64,000 nucleotides of DNA from Asterias rubens (Eukaryota), in NCBI RefSeq assembly GCF_902459465.1, contig NC_047081.1, forward strand, positions 11,036,001 through 11,100,000, given 5' to 3'. Position numbers and translations under genes: made by a program. How positions within the stretch are numbered: the first letter of the stretch is position 1; every line of letters starts with the position of its first letter. Positions 1 to 12,900 of this stretch are shown here, piece by piece. Under the pieces are notes generated by a model, which was not told the origin of the DNA, did no database searches, and saw nothing but the letters and a program-made list of their open reading frames with translations.

Positions 1-109
1 CCTGCATGAAACTTCACAGAGGCAACGAGACGAGGGTGAGTACAAACTTACAATTTCCTCAAAGTCAAAGGGTATTTCCTCCCAAGACGTCTGGGGATAG
101 AAATTTTAC

Positions 110-855
110 CTGTATTCCATAAGCACCACAGCCATTAACTTCAGGACTGTACCCAGGTCTCTTCATTGCTGTCCCACCTGTACAAAAAAAGTAAGGTTTT
201 TTACGGTCTAGCTTCAGTTATTTAAATTATAGCCATGACATAACAAACATAGGCCTCGCTTAAGAGTTATAACATGTCAGGCTCAGCCAAGTCCTCTGAC
301 ATTATAACTAATTAATAAGCAAGGCCTAAGTTGGCCGACCAAGGGCTCAAATTTTACCCTGTACAACCACACAAGTCTGAGGCCAGTGATTTTAGTGTCG
401 GGCCTGTTCAACTCGATCGAGGCAGGACAAGTCATCTGGCGACCTCACCTTGGTTTTGGGTTTTTTTTTCTCGAGATGTTTAACGTTTTATCTTGTTTAA
501 CTCAGAATCAGATGATATATTTCTCTCGGTAAAAATGAGTGAAAATGTGGTGGCAGGATACAGAAACTTTACCGGTATTTCAAATCCGTAAATACTCACC
601 ATTTTTACAAGTAAAGATGCATTCGTCCACCTCCCCTCCGATGTCATTCTGTCCACTTACGATTTTGGCGGCTTTGGAAGCCGTTTTCAAACCCAATGCA
701 ATATTGTCGGCAATGGTCGCAAAATCATTCATATACTCCCCGAAACGTTTGTCATTTGCAGCATGGTTGTTACTAGCTACTTTCAGTTGCTTTGTGAAAG
801 AAAGATGTAGACAAACAATTGCTAACACTTCTAAGAACGTGTTTTTGAGGATCAT
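110..855 (-). CDS. PLA2G12: Group XII secreted phospholipase A2-like, 5' part (exons 855-600 and 177-110; the gene continues beyond the window start)
   Basis: ATG at 855 followed by a hydrophobic signal-like N-terminus (MILKNTFLEVLAIVCLHLSF). Exon 1 ends ...GGEVDECIFTCKN-G at a GTGAGT donor (phase 1). Exon 2 (cag acceptor, gtaaaa donor) reads GGTAMKRPGYSPEVNGCGAYGIQ, matching the group XII pattern C-x-Y/F-x-C-x-x-G...P...NGCG. The catalytic His-Asp exon lies outside the window. Confidence 0.8.
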
Positions 856-1242
856 GATGGTTGGAAAAAGTTTAGTTTACCAGCAGGAAACGGGTCGTGC
901 AACAAAACGCAAGTTGATGCTGACCGACACACAACAAATCCAAATTTTAACAGTGAACAGGAAGGGCGCCCTCTACCGAACTGAATCCTAACATTGAACT
1001 AATTATGCCCTCTCCAAAAGGATTATTTCAAAAGAGGAAAGAAAGCCCGAATTCCATATATAAATTAATATAACGCCCCTCCAAGAGGGATAACCCAACT
1101 TGTGTGGCCATGGCCAAGGCTAGGGAATCTCTTGCCTTGGCCACACCAAAGTGGGAAGGCACTTAATACTAAACTCCACAGCGGTTCGCCCCATCGGAGA
1201 ATACCCGAGCGAGAATGACCTTATGACGTCATTTTGCATATG

Positions 1243-1813
1243 CTTGCATCTTTTAGACATGAAAATATTAACAACCAGGTCCTAGTGGTTAGTCCACTCT
1301 TATGTAACAACTCCCCAAACCTGCTGCTACAAAATTAATGTACTTTAATATAGAGGTATGAAGCAGTACTGATCTTTTAGACATGAACATATTAACAACC
1401 AGGTCCTAGTGGTTAGTCCACTCTTATGTAACAACTCCCCAAACCTGCTGCTACAAATGTACTTGAATAAAGATGTCTGAAGCAGTGCTTGCATCTTTCA
1501 TAAACAACCAGGTCCCAGTGGTTAGTCCACTCTTATGTAACAACTCCCCAAACCTGCTGCTACAAATGTACTTGAATAAAGAGGTCTGAAGCAGTACTTG
1601 CATCTTTTAGACATGAAATCATTAACAACCAGGTCCTAAGTGGTTAGTCCACTCCTATGTAACAACTCCCCAAACCTAGCCTGCTGCTACAAAATATGTA
1701 CTTGAATAAAGAGGTCTGAAGCAGTACTTGCATCTTTTAGACATGAAATCATTAACAGAACAAGGTCCTAGTGGTTAGTCCACTCTTATGTAACAACTCC
1801 CCAAACCTGCTGC
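1243..1813. repeat. Minisatellite, about 5 copies of a ~118-bp unit
   Basis: The unit (ttgcatcttttagacatgaa...aacaaccaggtcctagtggttagtccactcttatgtaacaactccccaaacctgctgctacaaa...) recurs near 1243, 1370, 1489, 1598 and 1718. Confidence 0.95.
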
Positions 1814-1946
1814 GTGGGGGATCGTCGCGAACCGTGCCGGAATATTCCGAGAGCACACGAAAAGTTCCGAACCGCTGTAGAGGTTAGTTTTTAGTGCCTT
1901 CCACAGCCACAAATAAGAGGGAAAGAGAGTCCGAATTCCATATGGC

Positions 1947-2051
1947 CCTTTTCGAAACCACGGCTTCGGCTTCAGTATCGGCTCAGGCAAGCTTGGCATC
2001 GCGGGTGTTTTGACATCAGAATCGAAAGCCGAAACCGTGGTTTCGAAAAGG
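1947..2051. repeat. 26-bp inverted repeat (hairpin or MITE-like)
   Basis: ccttttcgaaaccacggcttcggctt (1947-1972) pairs with aagccgaaaccgtggtttcgaaaagg (2026-2051) with one mismatch. Confidence 0.85.
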
Positions 2052-2056
2052 CGAAA

Positions 2057-2064
2057 ATGGCTGA
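2057..2064 (+). CDS. Candidate coding micro-exon supplying the SMSr start codon (ATG GCT GA)
   Basis: aaaATGg context in a CpG-rich stretch. A phase-2 donor (GA|gtgcgc, weak) fits the phase-2 acceptor at 3294 and would give [12 protein letters not shown]. Speculative. Confidence 0.2.
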
Positions 2065-2309
2065 GTGCGCCCTCTGTAGTTTGAGAGCTTCGTCATGTCG
2101 TACTCCCTGACTCCACGAATAACACGTAACAGTTAAACTATAATTTCGTCGAAGAGTACCGTTTGTTGTGATTTCGCAAGGACTCCTCCCCTGTCAGCTG
2201 ACTGGGCTTAAATGCAAAGAGATGATTGAAAGATGAAGGCCACACGACAATCTAAAAAGAGGTATATCTTTCGTTTGGTTATTATATATATACTTTGAGA
2301 GGGGAAAAG

Positions 2310-2682
2310 CAGTTCACTGTCCTGAAGTGTTAAGACATGCCCTTTATTGTTTGCCATCAATATTGACACAGTGACACTGACAGAGTGACCAGTCACTCGG
2401 CGGGCCCCGGCCCTCTCTCAATCCATGTATTGTATTGAGTTGAGAGAGGGCCGGGTCACTCTGTCACTGTCCTGTGTGTCAATTGATGGCAAACAATAAT
2501 AAAGGGCATGTTGGAAAAGTTTCCGTATGGCGCCACCACTTTTTCATTCGATATGAATTAATATAGTATCTAATTTACCCGATTGATATATCCCTTTTTG
2601 TAAAAATGAGTGAAAAAGTGGTGGCGCCATACGGAAAGTTATCCGGCATGTCTTTACACTTCAGAACAGTTACAGTGAACTG
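2310..2682. mobile_element. Long palindromic (fold-back) element interrupted by a MITE
   Basis: The left arm cagttcactgtcctgaagtgttaagacatgccctttattgtttgccatcaat...cggccctctctcaa is mirrored by ttgagagagggccgg...attgatggcaaacaataataaagggcatgt[MITE]ggcatgtctttacacttcagaacag...cagtgaactg. Confidence 0.8.
2513..2644. mobile_element. ~131-bp MITE with ~37-bp TIRs and an 8-bp TSD
   Basis: TIR ggaaaagtttccgtatggcgccaccactttttca / tgaaaaagtggtggcgccatacggaaagttatcc; flanks ggcatgtt / ggcatgtc. Confidence 0.85.
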
Positions 2683-3294
2683 TAACTGTTCAGTCTCAGT
2701 CTCAGATGGTCTCAGATGGTCTCAGTTGGCAAATGCCAAAATGGTCTCTCTCTCAGCTCAGCAGTTCACTAGCTCAGGCTTAAATGACCCACGACACATG
2801 GCCCTCACCACCACCGCATTTACCGTGGTTCCCTCTCCCTACTCCCATCATTTGCCCATGACAAATCCCATTGGAGTACCCTCTACGTTATCGCAACTAC
2901 CTCTCCCCTCTCCCCTCCTGCCAGTGACCACCGCACCAGAGAGTGAAGAGGTGTTTTTGCTGTGGTGCCCTTTTTGCCAAGTTCCAAAACAAACTAAAAT
3001 TTTCATAATGACATCGACATTCTTCTTAATCAAAAAAATTAAGTTGGTATAAGGTCCCATGGATGGTCAAATATTTGTTCATTGTTTTAGGAAAATTTTC
3101 TGGTTGCGGGATATAGAAACTTTACATTGTTCATTCATTATGAAATAAATAGTATCTAAGTTAACCTTAAGCGAACTTAATGAAAAATACCTTTTGTAAC
3201 AATGAGTGGGATAAGTGGTGGCAGGATATGGATTGTTTTCAAAAATTATAATCTTGGAAAGTAACCTTTTTTTACAATTCTTTCATACCTAAAG

Positions 3295-5546
3295 ACTGAG
3301 AGCCGTTGTTGTCAACTTGCCCAATAATAAGAGTGTACATCATTGGACCTCAGACGATGTTGCCGAGTTCCTGCATGCGAATGGGATGGGCCAGTACTCG
3401 GAGCTGTTGTGCATCCACAATGAGATTGACGGCGAGGTCTTGCTGCTTCTCAAGGAGTTGGACCTCCGTCTTCCGCCAATATCCGTCCCCGTCTTGGCAC
3501 ATATTAAGAGGTTGATGATGCTGATCAATCACCTGCAAGAAAGAGAGACGGGGTCGACGCACTTCAGCAACGGATCATCCAAATTAACCGACTACCTAAG
3601 CAAGGAGACCAGCCTAGAGCTGGGTCACATCAGCCAGCAACTGAACGCTTTCAGTTTCAGTGACGATGAAGATTACCAAAGCTCTCATTCCAACCCGCAG
3701 TCAAGACGCTCGTCTGAGCCAAAGTTCCAGCCGGAGTACGGGAAGACGCTTCTCAGTTTCATATACGCGTCGTCGGTGGCGCTACTGACTGCGTTTGTGA
3801 TGACCATCGCTCACGATCGCGTGCCGGACATGACCAAGTTTCCGCCGTTGCCGGACGTCTTTCTGGACAGCGTCCCTAGGATAGAGTGGGCATTTGAGGC
3901 TTGCGAAACTTGCGCCATCACTCTGGCTTCCATGTTTGTAATCGTCTTAGTTCTTCATAAACACAGGTAAATCTTGTTCCCTGTGTACCATTATTGCAAT
4001 AATGACTGCTATTTTCATGATACAAATATGAACCTGACTATTTCGTTATGTAGTGTTGGTTTCAATGAGGGACGACAAATGCTAATAACCAAAATGAAGG
4101 TCTCTAATCCCCAATATGAGGTGATGTTTCTTGTTCATTTGCAATTTATTTTCCGACGGACTAGTGCAATGAAAAGGTAATTGGCACTAAATAAGTTTTA
4201 AAGGCAAACCCTGCTACCACCGCAACAAACAATTAACGACATGTCCGAAGTTCTTCACTCTACCCAATGAGAGATTTTTGGGACACACGTAGGTTGGCAC
4301 TCCAAAGGCTCCCATTTTTAGTCTTACATGGTTTTCTTTCTTTCAGGTCCATAATACTGCGGAGATTCTTTGCCCTGACGGGCTCGTGCTTTCTTCTTCG
4401 TTGTCTCACTATGTTTGTCACGTCAATGTCCGTCCCTGGCAGCCATCTGCAGTGCAGTGGCAAGGTACGTCTATCCTGGCAAACCTCAACTAAAAAAAGG
4501 AAAACAAATGAAGGGAAAAAGCTCAGTAGTTTCTGGAGCAGAATTTAAATGATCTTTTGCACATTGACAGGGATTTCAAATTGAAACTGACTGCTCTAGA
4601 ATTGCAAAGGTTGTAGGTTTGAATCCCACCTAAGTAAAATGCCTGTTGTCACGGGGCCTGGGGGAAAGTACTGAGTCTACAGTTCTTAAGACACATCTTA
4701 TATTGGTAAGAACCCTTATTATATTTGGAGGTGTGTTAACTGTTATATTAATTTCCCCCCCCCCCCTCCTCTCACTGTCGCGCAGGTTTATGGAAATTAC
4801 TGGATCAAAATGGAGCGGGCCTTGGAGATAATGTCTGGCCTTGGCATGAGCGTAACAGGTGTCCATACCTGTGGGGATTACATGTTCAGTGGACACACCA
4901 TATGTCTGACTATGTTTAACTTCTTCATAACGGAATGTGAGTATGCTTTGATCTAGTCCCAATCTGAAAATCTATGTCAAGGAAATGTTCATGACAAAAA
5001 ACAAAAAGCAAACAATTTGCAGGCCAATCAGTCATAAACAATACAGTCAACAATCTGCCTCAAACTTTACCTACACCCCCAAAACTGCAGCAGTACTACC
5101 TTCCATAAAGCTTGACAGAAATAAACTGTTGTAGTACTAGTACCTCCTTGATTGCCTCACAACATCACCGATTATTAGTACTTCATCTCTTTTCCCCGAT
5201 AGATTCGCCAAGAAGTATGACTTACCTCCACACTACCTCCTGGGTCCTCAATCTCTTTGGGGCCTTCTTCGTTCTTGCTGCCCACGAGCATTACTCCATC
5301 GATGTGGTCATCGCATTCTGCATTACCTCACGCCTCTTCCTGTACTACCACACACTCGCCAACACCCACTCCCTCCAACAAGCCGACAGGAGGACCAAGG
5401 TCTGGTTCCCCATGTTCTCCTACTTTGAAGACAAGGTGGATAACGTGGTACCTAATGAGTATGAGTGGCCGTTCTCTATGCCTCGTTTACCGGCACCGAG
5501 CAGACTCTGGCAGAAAAGAAAAGTTAAGAAAGATAAACAAAAATGA
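3295..5546 (+). CDS. SAMD8: Sphingomyelin synthase-related protein (SMSr, ceramide phosphoethanolamine synthase); exons 3295-3966, 4347-4464, 4786-4936, 5203-5546; start exon upstream and not certain
   Basis: N-terminal SAM domain ([10 protein letters not shown]...[18 protein letters not shown]...HIKRL) and SMS motifs PPLPD, LRR...[22 protein letters not shown] and [10 protein letters not shown]. All junctions are GT-AG and in phase (2, 0, 1). Confidence 0.95.
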
Positions 5547-6223
5547 GATCGAAGTTCACAGTTGACACTTTTGTTTTGAAGAACAATCATTGTGATAGAG
5601 TTTGAAAATGGCTTATGTGATATGAAGAGGGGCTTCAATTGGAATCTTAAATTTAATATGACTTTCGAGAAAGACTCTGCTATGGTTGAAAAACGTCAGG
5701 CCAGTAACTTTTTTTTTAATTAAACATTATCTAATTTATTTGGTTGCCAATCTTTAATTTACAACATCTTATTCATCAAATTCAGAGATGAGAAATGTCA
5801 GACTTTTTTTCTGACTTCAGAATGTTTTTAGCTTCCACCTGATTTACAAAAAGTTGCTGTTTTTTCTTCAGATATAAAGAAACCTACAACAAATAGGCTG
5901 CAAGTGAAGAACGGTCAATTTTTGACAAACGCTGTTTTGTCCTTTAAACTATCTCTCTTTACAGTTTTACGTTGTTTTATCCTTTTTCAGTCCACAGTTG
6001 TACACACTATTTAATCATTTTATATTTAAAACAAAAAGCAATACACACAAAAGTGAGGATGCTTTTAAACACGATAAAATCTCCGACAAGACATACTGTT
6101 TTTACTTTTGTCTGTCTTTTTAAAAACTAAAAATATTGTTGTTATTTTTTCACAAGTTGGTAGAATGGTGTTTTTTCAAAGTACATGATGCAAATGGATG
6201 AAGATTTGATAGTTGGAACCCAC

Positions 6224-6413
6224 TGTTTACATTCAAACCGCCCTCTGTTGAAAAAAACACTGTATACGTCATGTTTCGCCGGGCAAAAAGACACGTAGTC
6301 ATGGTAAGATTGCATACAATTTTTAGCTGGCTGGCAAAACACAAAGGTTTTGCCCGGCGCTATGCGCACGAATCATGTTATGGTTTTCGTGTGACGTCAG
6401 AGGTCACATCGTC
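6224..6413. mobile_element. Partial copy of a ~200-bp MITE (full copies at 42877-43079 and 49235-49436)
   Basis: Near-identical to sequence in GST intron 2, where it is bounded by the TIR gacgatgtgacct / aggtcacatcgtc. Only the right TIR is present here. Confidence 0.75.
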
Positions 6414-6480
6414 GTTATATGGTCGTTTACCATAAAACTCACCAGTAAAAGTTTCATTTAATTTGGTTTTTGAGATATAA

Positions 6481-6645
6481 CCGAACTCCGTGTGACAAGG
6501 GTGTTTTTTCTTCCCTGATTATCTCGCAACTTCGACAACCAATTGAGTTCAAATGTTCACATGTTTGTTATTTTGGGCATGTGTTGAGATACATCAAGTG
6601 AGGAAACTGGTCTTTGACAATTACCAATAGTGCCTGATGTCATTC
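6481..6645 (-). mobile_element. Fragment of the TTAA-flanked (Kolobok-like) non-autonomous element family
   Basis: Reverse complement of the ggacac...ggtaattgtcaaagaccagt...ctcacttggtgtatcccaaca motif seen at 18708. Confidence 0.6.
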
Positions 6646-7229
6646 AATATTATAAATAATGTCAGAACTAATCCCCTTAAATGGGTGAAGCCAAACACGC
6701 TAATATACATTTAGCTGCATAAAAATATACTTTAAATTATGCCTTCGATTTAATAACCTTTTTACAAGTATTTTTTATATATAATTCGATTTTGTACCAT
6801 GACTGAACTATTTTACACGTGTGTACAAGGAAAAACACGCTTTTGATCACGGTTTGAATTCTAAATGAAATAATTTAAATTTGAGCTAATAAACTGCTAT
6901 AAAATTAATGCGGTTTTTCTTAAGTTTTTTATTTCTAAAGAGGGGGGTATTCCACCCGTGATTGCAATGTCACTTTATGCAACAAAAAGTGCGTTCCTTT
7001 GACATTTTGTGATCCGACCCCCTGTCCCGACACCCCTATTTTTCGACACACCTGGTGTGTTCTCCTGAACTCTGGCGTCTAAATAATTAGGGTTTTGTTC
7101 TCGGAACATACGGTTGTCGAAACATGGTGTCGGAATATAGAGCAGTCTCCGTCTAGCTGGAACTGAGGTCAGCTGAGTGTATCAGGGCATGTCCAGTGTA
7201 TTCTCCTGACCCTAAACTCTAACCCTAAA

Positions 7230-7363
7230 GCCCGTTTTATACATCCTGCGAATGCGAAGTTACGAATGTTGACGTCACATCCGTGCAAATTATTCGTTGC
7301 GTCCAAATTCGTGACGTCAAAACTCGTATACGGCATTCGCAAGAAGAGAAGTATGAACCGGGC
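7230..7363. mobile_element. Small MITE (gcccg...tgcgaatgc / gcattcgca...cgggc) next to ccctaa-like repeats
   Basis: Imperfect terminal inverted repeats are visible directly. Confidence 0.6.
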
Positions 7364-9937
7364 AAACCCTAGCCTGAACATCTGACATCACACTTCGATG
7401 CTCGTGAATTGCGGATATTAAGACAGGGGCCCAGTCTAGGCATACCCTAGCAACCCTCTAGAGTGTAAATCATCTAGGGGGTGGGGGTTCGGAGTTGGGA
7501 TGTTGGAATTTTTGGGCTATCCTTGGATAATTTTCTGCAGTATTTCTATCTTGTTTTTTTGTCTTTTCTCCTGTTGTTATGTACATGTTTGTATTTTGAG
7601 TATGTTCTTGCTGTATTTTTATCCGAATAAATTCAATCAATCAATCAATCAATAAAGAGCAGTTTCCGTCCAGCAAACGCTTAGCTGAAACTGAAGCTAA
7701 GCGAAGTGTTTTAGAGCATGTCTTGTACCGTCTGGCAGGCTGCACATCGATGTCACTTGCCGTCACACATCAGGCGGGAAGCAGGTTACAGTGGCGATAA
7801 TTGCTTGCTTGCCTGGTTACACTTTAGCAAAGCTATGAACTCTAGGAAAAAATACCAGACGAGATGCTCGACGGAGTTGTGGAATTCGCAGAGAGTGGTT
7901 TTTGGTTTTCATTCATGTCATTTATTGTTTGTTGTTATGTTGTAATAATGTCTTCTATAGGGCCGTCAGACTTCCACAAATTGGGCTACCCTGTATACAA
8001 AATACTCAATAGTAATCACAAATACCAATAAATTTATGGTCAACCCCAGCTCTTTGAATCATTTAGAGCTTTAACCTTGAGCAAGTTGGCAGCTACCTTG
8101 AGCATGTTGACAAGTTTAATTTCAGGACGACCTTGCCTGCCAAGACGCTCCTTTACAAGCTGCCGTGTTTCCTCCCCGACTTGGCAAGCTGCATTGTTGG
8201 CAATTATGATGAGTAACTTTCCCATAAAGTTTGGCTGTAAGGTTCTTGACCTTGGCAGCAGTGGCGCAGGTTTTGATACCTTTTTGTAGATAATGTTTGA
8301 ATCCCTACTCACTGTGAATGAAGGTGTATATAATTTTTATTTGTATTAGTTTCAGCTTCAGTAGCCGTCAAGTTTTGAGAGAGAGAGAAAAAAAAAGTGA
8401 AAATCATAGAGCAGAGGAATGGTTTCAAAAGAGTCAGCGCGTAAATACATTGTACCCTTATGGCTGTAACGTTTCCCGAGACGAACATTATTTTTGTGAA
8501 ATTGGTTTTACTCGTTTCTCAAAAACTACAGCATCTCAACGAGTAATATTTAAAGCGAAGCTTTCAACCATCATTATCTTCAACCGTGTAAGTTTGATGA
8601 CAATCCGATGGACTTTAAGAATGGTGTCGTACCAAAAAGATCCCAAACTCAAAAGCTATTTAACCGCCGGTAATTGCGGCATTATGTCCTTTCTCGAGTT
8701 ATGTACGCATAAAACACGGAATTGTTTACTTGTTGTGCCGTTGAATGTATAATATACTCGACTCGTTTGTGACGAAGTTTGGCCGGGGACATTCCAACTG
8801 TGTGGAGACATTAATTTTTAAATGTAACGACTTGTCGACAAGTCTAAGTGCGGGTAGCGCAGTGGGGGAGCGGGTAAAACTTGGTCAAAGTTGCTCCCCA
8901 TAAAAAGACACGGGGGCAGTCTATGGGTCAAACAATATCCAGGTTAGAATTGACGTCGGGGTTTGATCCCGAGGGGGGCCCACCCAGTGTTATCCGGAAT
9001 CCGTTCTAAAATTACACAGAAGTTCATCAATTTTCCGCAGAATCTCGGCTAAAATCCATTTTCAAACAAGCGCCCGTGTCAGCCTGACATTAGAGTAGCT
9101 CTCAACATTGTCGAAAGTTCCATGGCACTTTTGAAACCTAATAATTTGTACAACGTTAATACGGACTGGTACTGTCCACAGGGACTAAAGGCCTGCTATA
9201 TTTGAGAACCCTGCTAATGACCCCCCCCCCCCCCCCTCTAACATAAGAAACAATGGGGCGGCCACAGAAATGTATATTTTTTATCTCATATTGGTTTGAC
9301 GTTTCTCATTTTAGATTATTCTGACAAAATTAAAACACCAGCAGATAAGAACCACGCAACAATGCCTTCTTGCAGGAAATTGTTTATACTCCGATTCCAT
9401 TTTTTAAGTCATAACATCTCGACTTGAACAATTGATCTCAAAGTTGACGATTATGTTAATTCCATGCGTATCACGTGCACAGTTGGTACCCTGTACACTT
9501 CCCCCCATATTGTAAAAGTGTTATCCCCTTGAATCAAAGGAAATGAAAGCAACATTATAGCCAAGGTTTGAACATGCCCAACTTTTGGTCTCCTTAAAAA
9601 GTAAGAAACTCATGAGACGGCCTATCAGTTACACGACTTTCCTGAACTGCGCGGGTGATCGAGCTGCACAGTGAATTTCGTGTTCACACTGCGCTGTGTA
9701 TTAATGACACTAGTTTTAAGGTCACAACGAAAGCGAACCGAATTAGTAATAAGGTTGTCCCCAAACTGTGCATAACGTTGTTATAGGTTTGCTGATGCAC
9801 TCCATCACCGCGTGTGTGGATAGTTTTAAGACCGCCTTAGGCTGTAAGGCGCATGAAGGATATTTTAGTATCCTTAGACAGAGGACACGGGGACCAACGG
9901 TGGCTCTGGGGGAAGAACGGAACGTCTTGGCAAGTTG

Positions 9938-12900
9938 ATGGACAAGCCATGCCGGCAGATCTCACCAACATACGGCAGCAGATCATCCCCGGCGACGCAA
10001 GGAGTGATGGCGATAGGTAACGGTCACACCACGGTAATTGATATCGGGTCGTCGGTGGCGAACGGGAATCACGTCCCCATTGGGGCACTATGCACCACCA
10101 ACGGGACGCTGTCTCCGGACGGGACACCACTACCACATTCGGCCCTTACCAAAATCGCAAATGAGATTGCCGAAGCATCGGCTACCATTGCTCACCCCAA
10201 ACCCAAGTTCGAACCGGAACCCTTCAAGACGGTGATGGCCATAGTCTATGGGATGTCAGTTTCTTTCCTATCTGCCTTCACGATCACCTACACACATGAC
10301 AGAACCCCGGACGTTAGCGTCAACCCGCCCCTACCAGATCTTGTTTTTGAACTTGTGCCCAGAATGGAATGGGCTTTCCTGGCGTGTGAAATCTGTATGC
10401 TTTCTTTGGCAGCAGTGAATGTTATCAATCTTGTCATTCACAAACACAGGTGAGAAATGTTATTCACATCAAATTACCCCTTTTCCCCCTTTCCCTGAAG
10501 CAGCTATAGGTACAACACACTTTTAAGGACAACTAAAGACGCCCACAACGCGTGCACAAAGGACACTTCGCTTTATAAACAACGGGGATCTTTTGTCTTT
10601 TTTAGATCGGTGTTTCAATTTGTAAAACCAATTACAATCCCTCAGAAAATAACTGACACACATTAAACACATGAATAATTTTTATTTTGAAGTTCTGTTG
10701 AAAGCCTTGTTTGCCTGTGAAGTATCTCGTGTGACATAATTAGCTAAATGTAAATCAACGGTTGTTTACGTTTATCAAGAATGATTGAAAAAAAACTATA
10801 GTGGACAATTTTGAGAAAGATCTTTTGATTGAAGACACTTGCGTTTTATCTTTACATCTCATAGTTTAGAAATGCTTCACATTATAGTAATTTATAAAGC
10901 TTTGTTGTTATATCAATGTATTTTGTTGAAGTTCACTCGGGCTTATTTCTTCAGCGACAATCAAAATAAACTATTGTCCTTGACGGGATTTCAAAAGTGT
11001 TTACTTCTCTGGGAATTTGTTACTTTAGTGAACGACCTTCCAGACTTAATATATACCTTTGGTCTGGACGTCGCGAGGAAATAAGCGTGTTGACTCTAGT
11101 TACTGCAGTCAGCAAAGTTTGAGATGTCAAGTAGAGTTTTGACGAACTTTGTTTCGCCCTCTCGGGCACCGTCGATGAGCAGTTTCATTCAATGAACTTG
11201 CTCAGAGGCACTGCCCGGTGATGTACACATTTCTACTGTAATTGTCAAAGACCAGTATTCTCACTTGGTGTATCCCAACATATTATGCATAAAATTACAA
11301 ACCTGTGAAAATTTGGGCTCGATTGGTCAAAAAAAGTTGCAAGAGATGTGCCCAACCACTCAAAGTCAATTTAATAAAATATCAAAATAAAACTGTACTG
11401 TTGTCGCCCCCCCCCCCCCTTTCTTAACGCTGTAGAACATATCTTGGGATCAACGATAGCCGGGGAAAACTAATATGCTCATAAATAAAATCTGACAAAC
11501 AAGGCGGCCTTCGCCATGAACTATAACGAGCCAGGATTAATATAGAGCGAAAATAAAAGCGTAATTCGAAACTATGCATACAGACAAGATTTATGAAAAT
11601 AGGAGGGCACTAAAGTCAGGACAGAGGGATTTCTGGAAAGCGCAGCTGTGGTTTAAAATTGAACATTATCGAATACTTTTACAGTTACTATATATACTTA
11701 AAAATGCATGATATTAATAGATTGTGTTATTGTGATCAGCTATCATAAAGGTCATTGCTTTTGAAGAGACTTGATAATTGTTGGCGTTAAAAGTTGGTCC
11801 CATTTAGCTTAGAAAGTGACGGGTGGCTATACGAATATGAAAAACAGAAAATATTTTTAGTAAAGAGTGTGCGTGCCTACATAATGGTTCTGTTTCTGTC
11901 AGGTTGTTGATCATGTCATCATTGTGTTGTACAAAGACAAATGCAAGAAATATTTCCTTAAGTTAATCTTCCCCCAAAAATATAAAAATTGTTTAATCAC
12001 CAAACATAAAACTGCACCCAGTCTGAACCCCGGATTAGTCATACAAGACACGGAATGTTTTGAAAAGGAAATGAACAAGGAAGACCTAATGCAGCGTCCA
12101 TTGTGCCCAACCCGTAATTGGCAGAAAAGTGGTCTGGAATTACAGCTGGCACAAAGCAACCAATTGATTTAGTTCCTATATTTGTCATGATGTTTCCTTA
12201 ATAGTACGTTTGAAGCAAAAAGTGTTGGAAGTGTGTCACAACCACGACGCACATTTTGTTTCGATGCTGTCGTCTATTGTTAAGTCAATTACATCAATTA
12301 AATTCAATAAACTTTTATTTCGGTAATGCCCCCATAACATAATAATAAATGGTGTTTCATAAATATTAACAGTGATAGTTATAAACAGTAGCTAACATTA
12401 TTAATAAGTCAAAAAGGCAAAACTTGGGATTGGGTTAAAGCTTTGCTTTTATACCCTAGCCTACCACACTCTACATGTTTATACGGGTCACAGACCTGTG
12501 TAATCTGTGTCAAAGTAACCCAGAAATGGTTTAAAATAAACTGATGCAGATTGTGACCACAGTTCACCTATTATAACCAAAAGACAGGGAACCAAGCAAC
12601 AACATCTCAAAAGAGTTTATTGCTCACTGCTGGCAAGGTGCTGTACCAATCCCAACAAAAAGACGCACACAAAATAAAAAATAAGGGCCTACAGCAAAAA
12701 GTCTAGACAAACAAACTTAACCTTAACATTCTGGTGACTGACCGGGTAAAGCCCCCCCCCCCTCCTCCCGGCTCTGCACAGTCTCAGGAAACTCATCATC
12801 CTTTCCAACGAGGGTCGGGAGGGGCTACAAAGTTGTTTCATATTATGCTCAATGAACATAAAAATATAGCATGAGTCAGGCTATACCACAAACTAATTCT

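Noticed and set aside
30-45. Donor-like gtgagt on the plus strand
   Set aside because: It lies in a PLA2G12 intron on the opposite strand, with no associated exon evidence.
539-991. 150-aa plus-strand ORF
   Set aside because: It is the antisense shadow of PLA2G12 exon 1 plus a repeat arm; no independent support.
2606-3052. ORFs containing (M)xEKVVAPYGK (also in 2848-3060, 44138-44476, 51335-51523, 62007-62290)
   Set aside because: The shared peptide is simply the translated MITE TIR, not a gene family.
8040-8312. Minus-strand protein-like frames (...IIANNAACQVGEETRQLVKERLG...)
   Set aside because: Short, needs a frameshift, and has no recognisable motif or splice context; at most a decayed remnant.
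11893-12172. Exon-like frame after tttctgtcag (VVDHVIIVLYKDK...)
   Set aside because: No donor and no family match; it would break the SMS paralog frame if included.
12600-12840. Purine tract and AATAAA on the minus strand, suggestive of an LTR or retroelement end
   Set aside because: No TG...CA LTR, no paired repeat and no coding motif.
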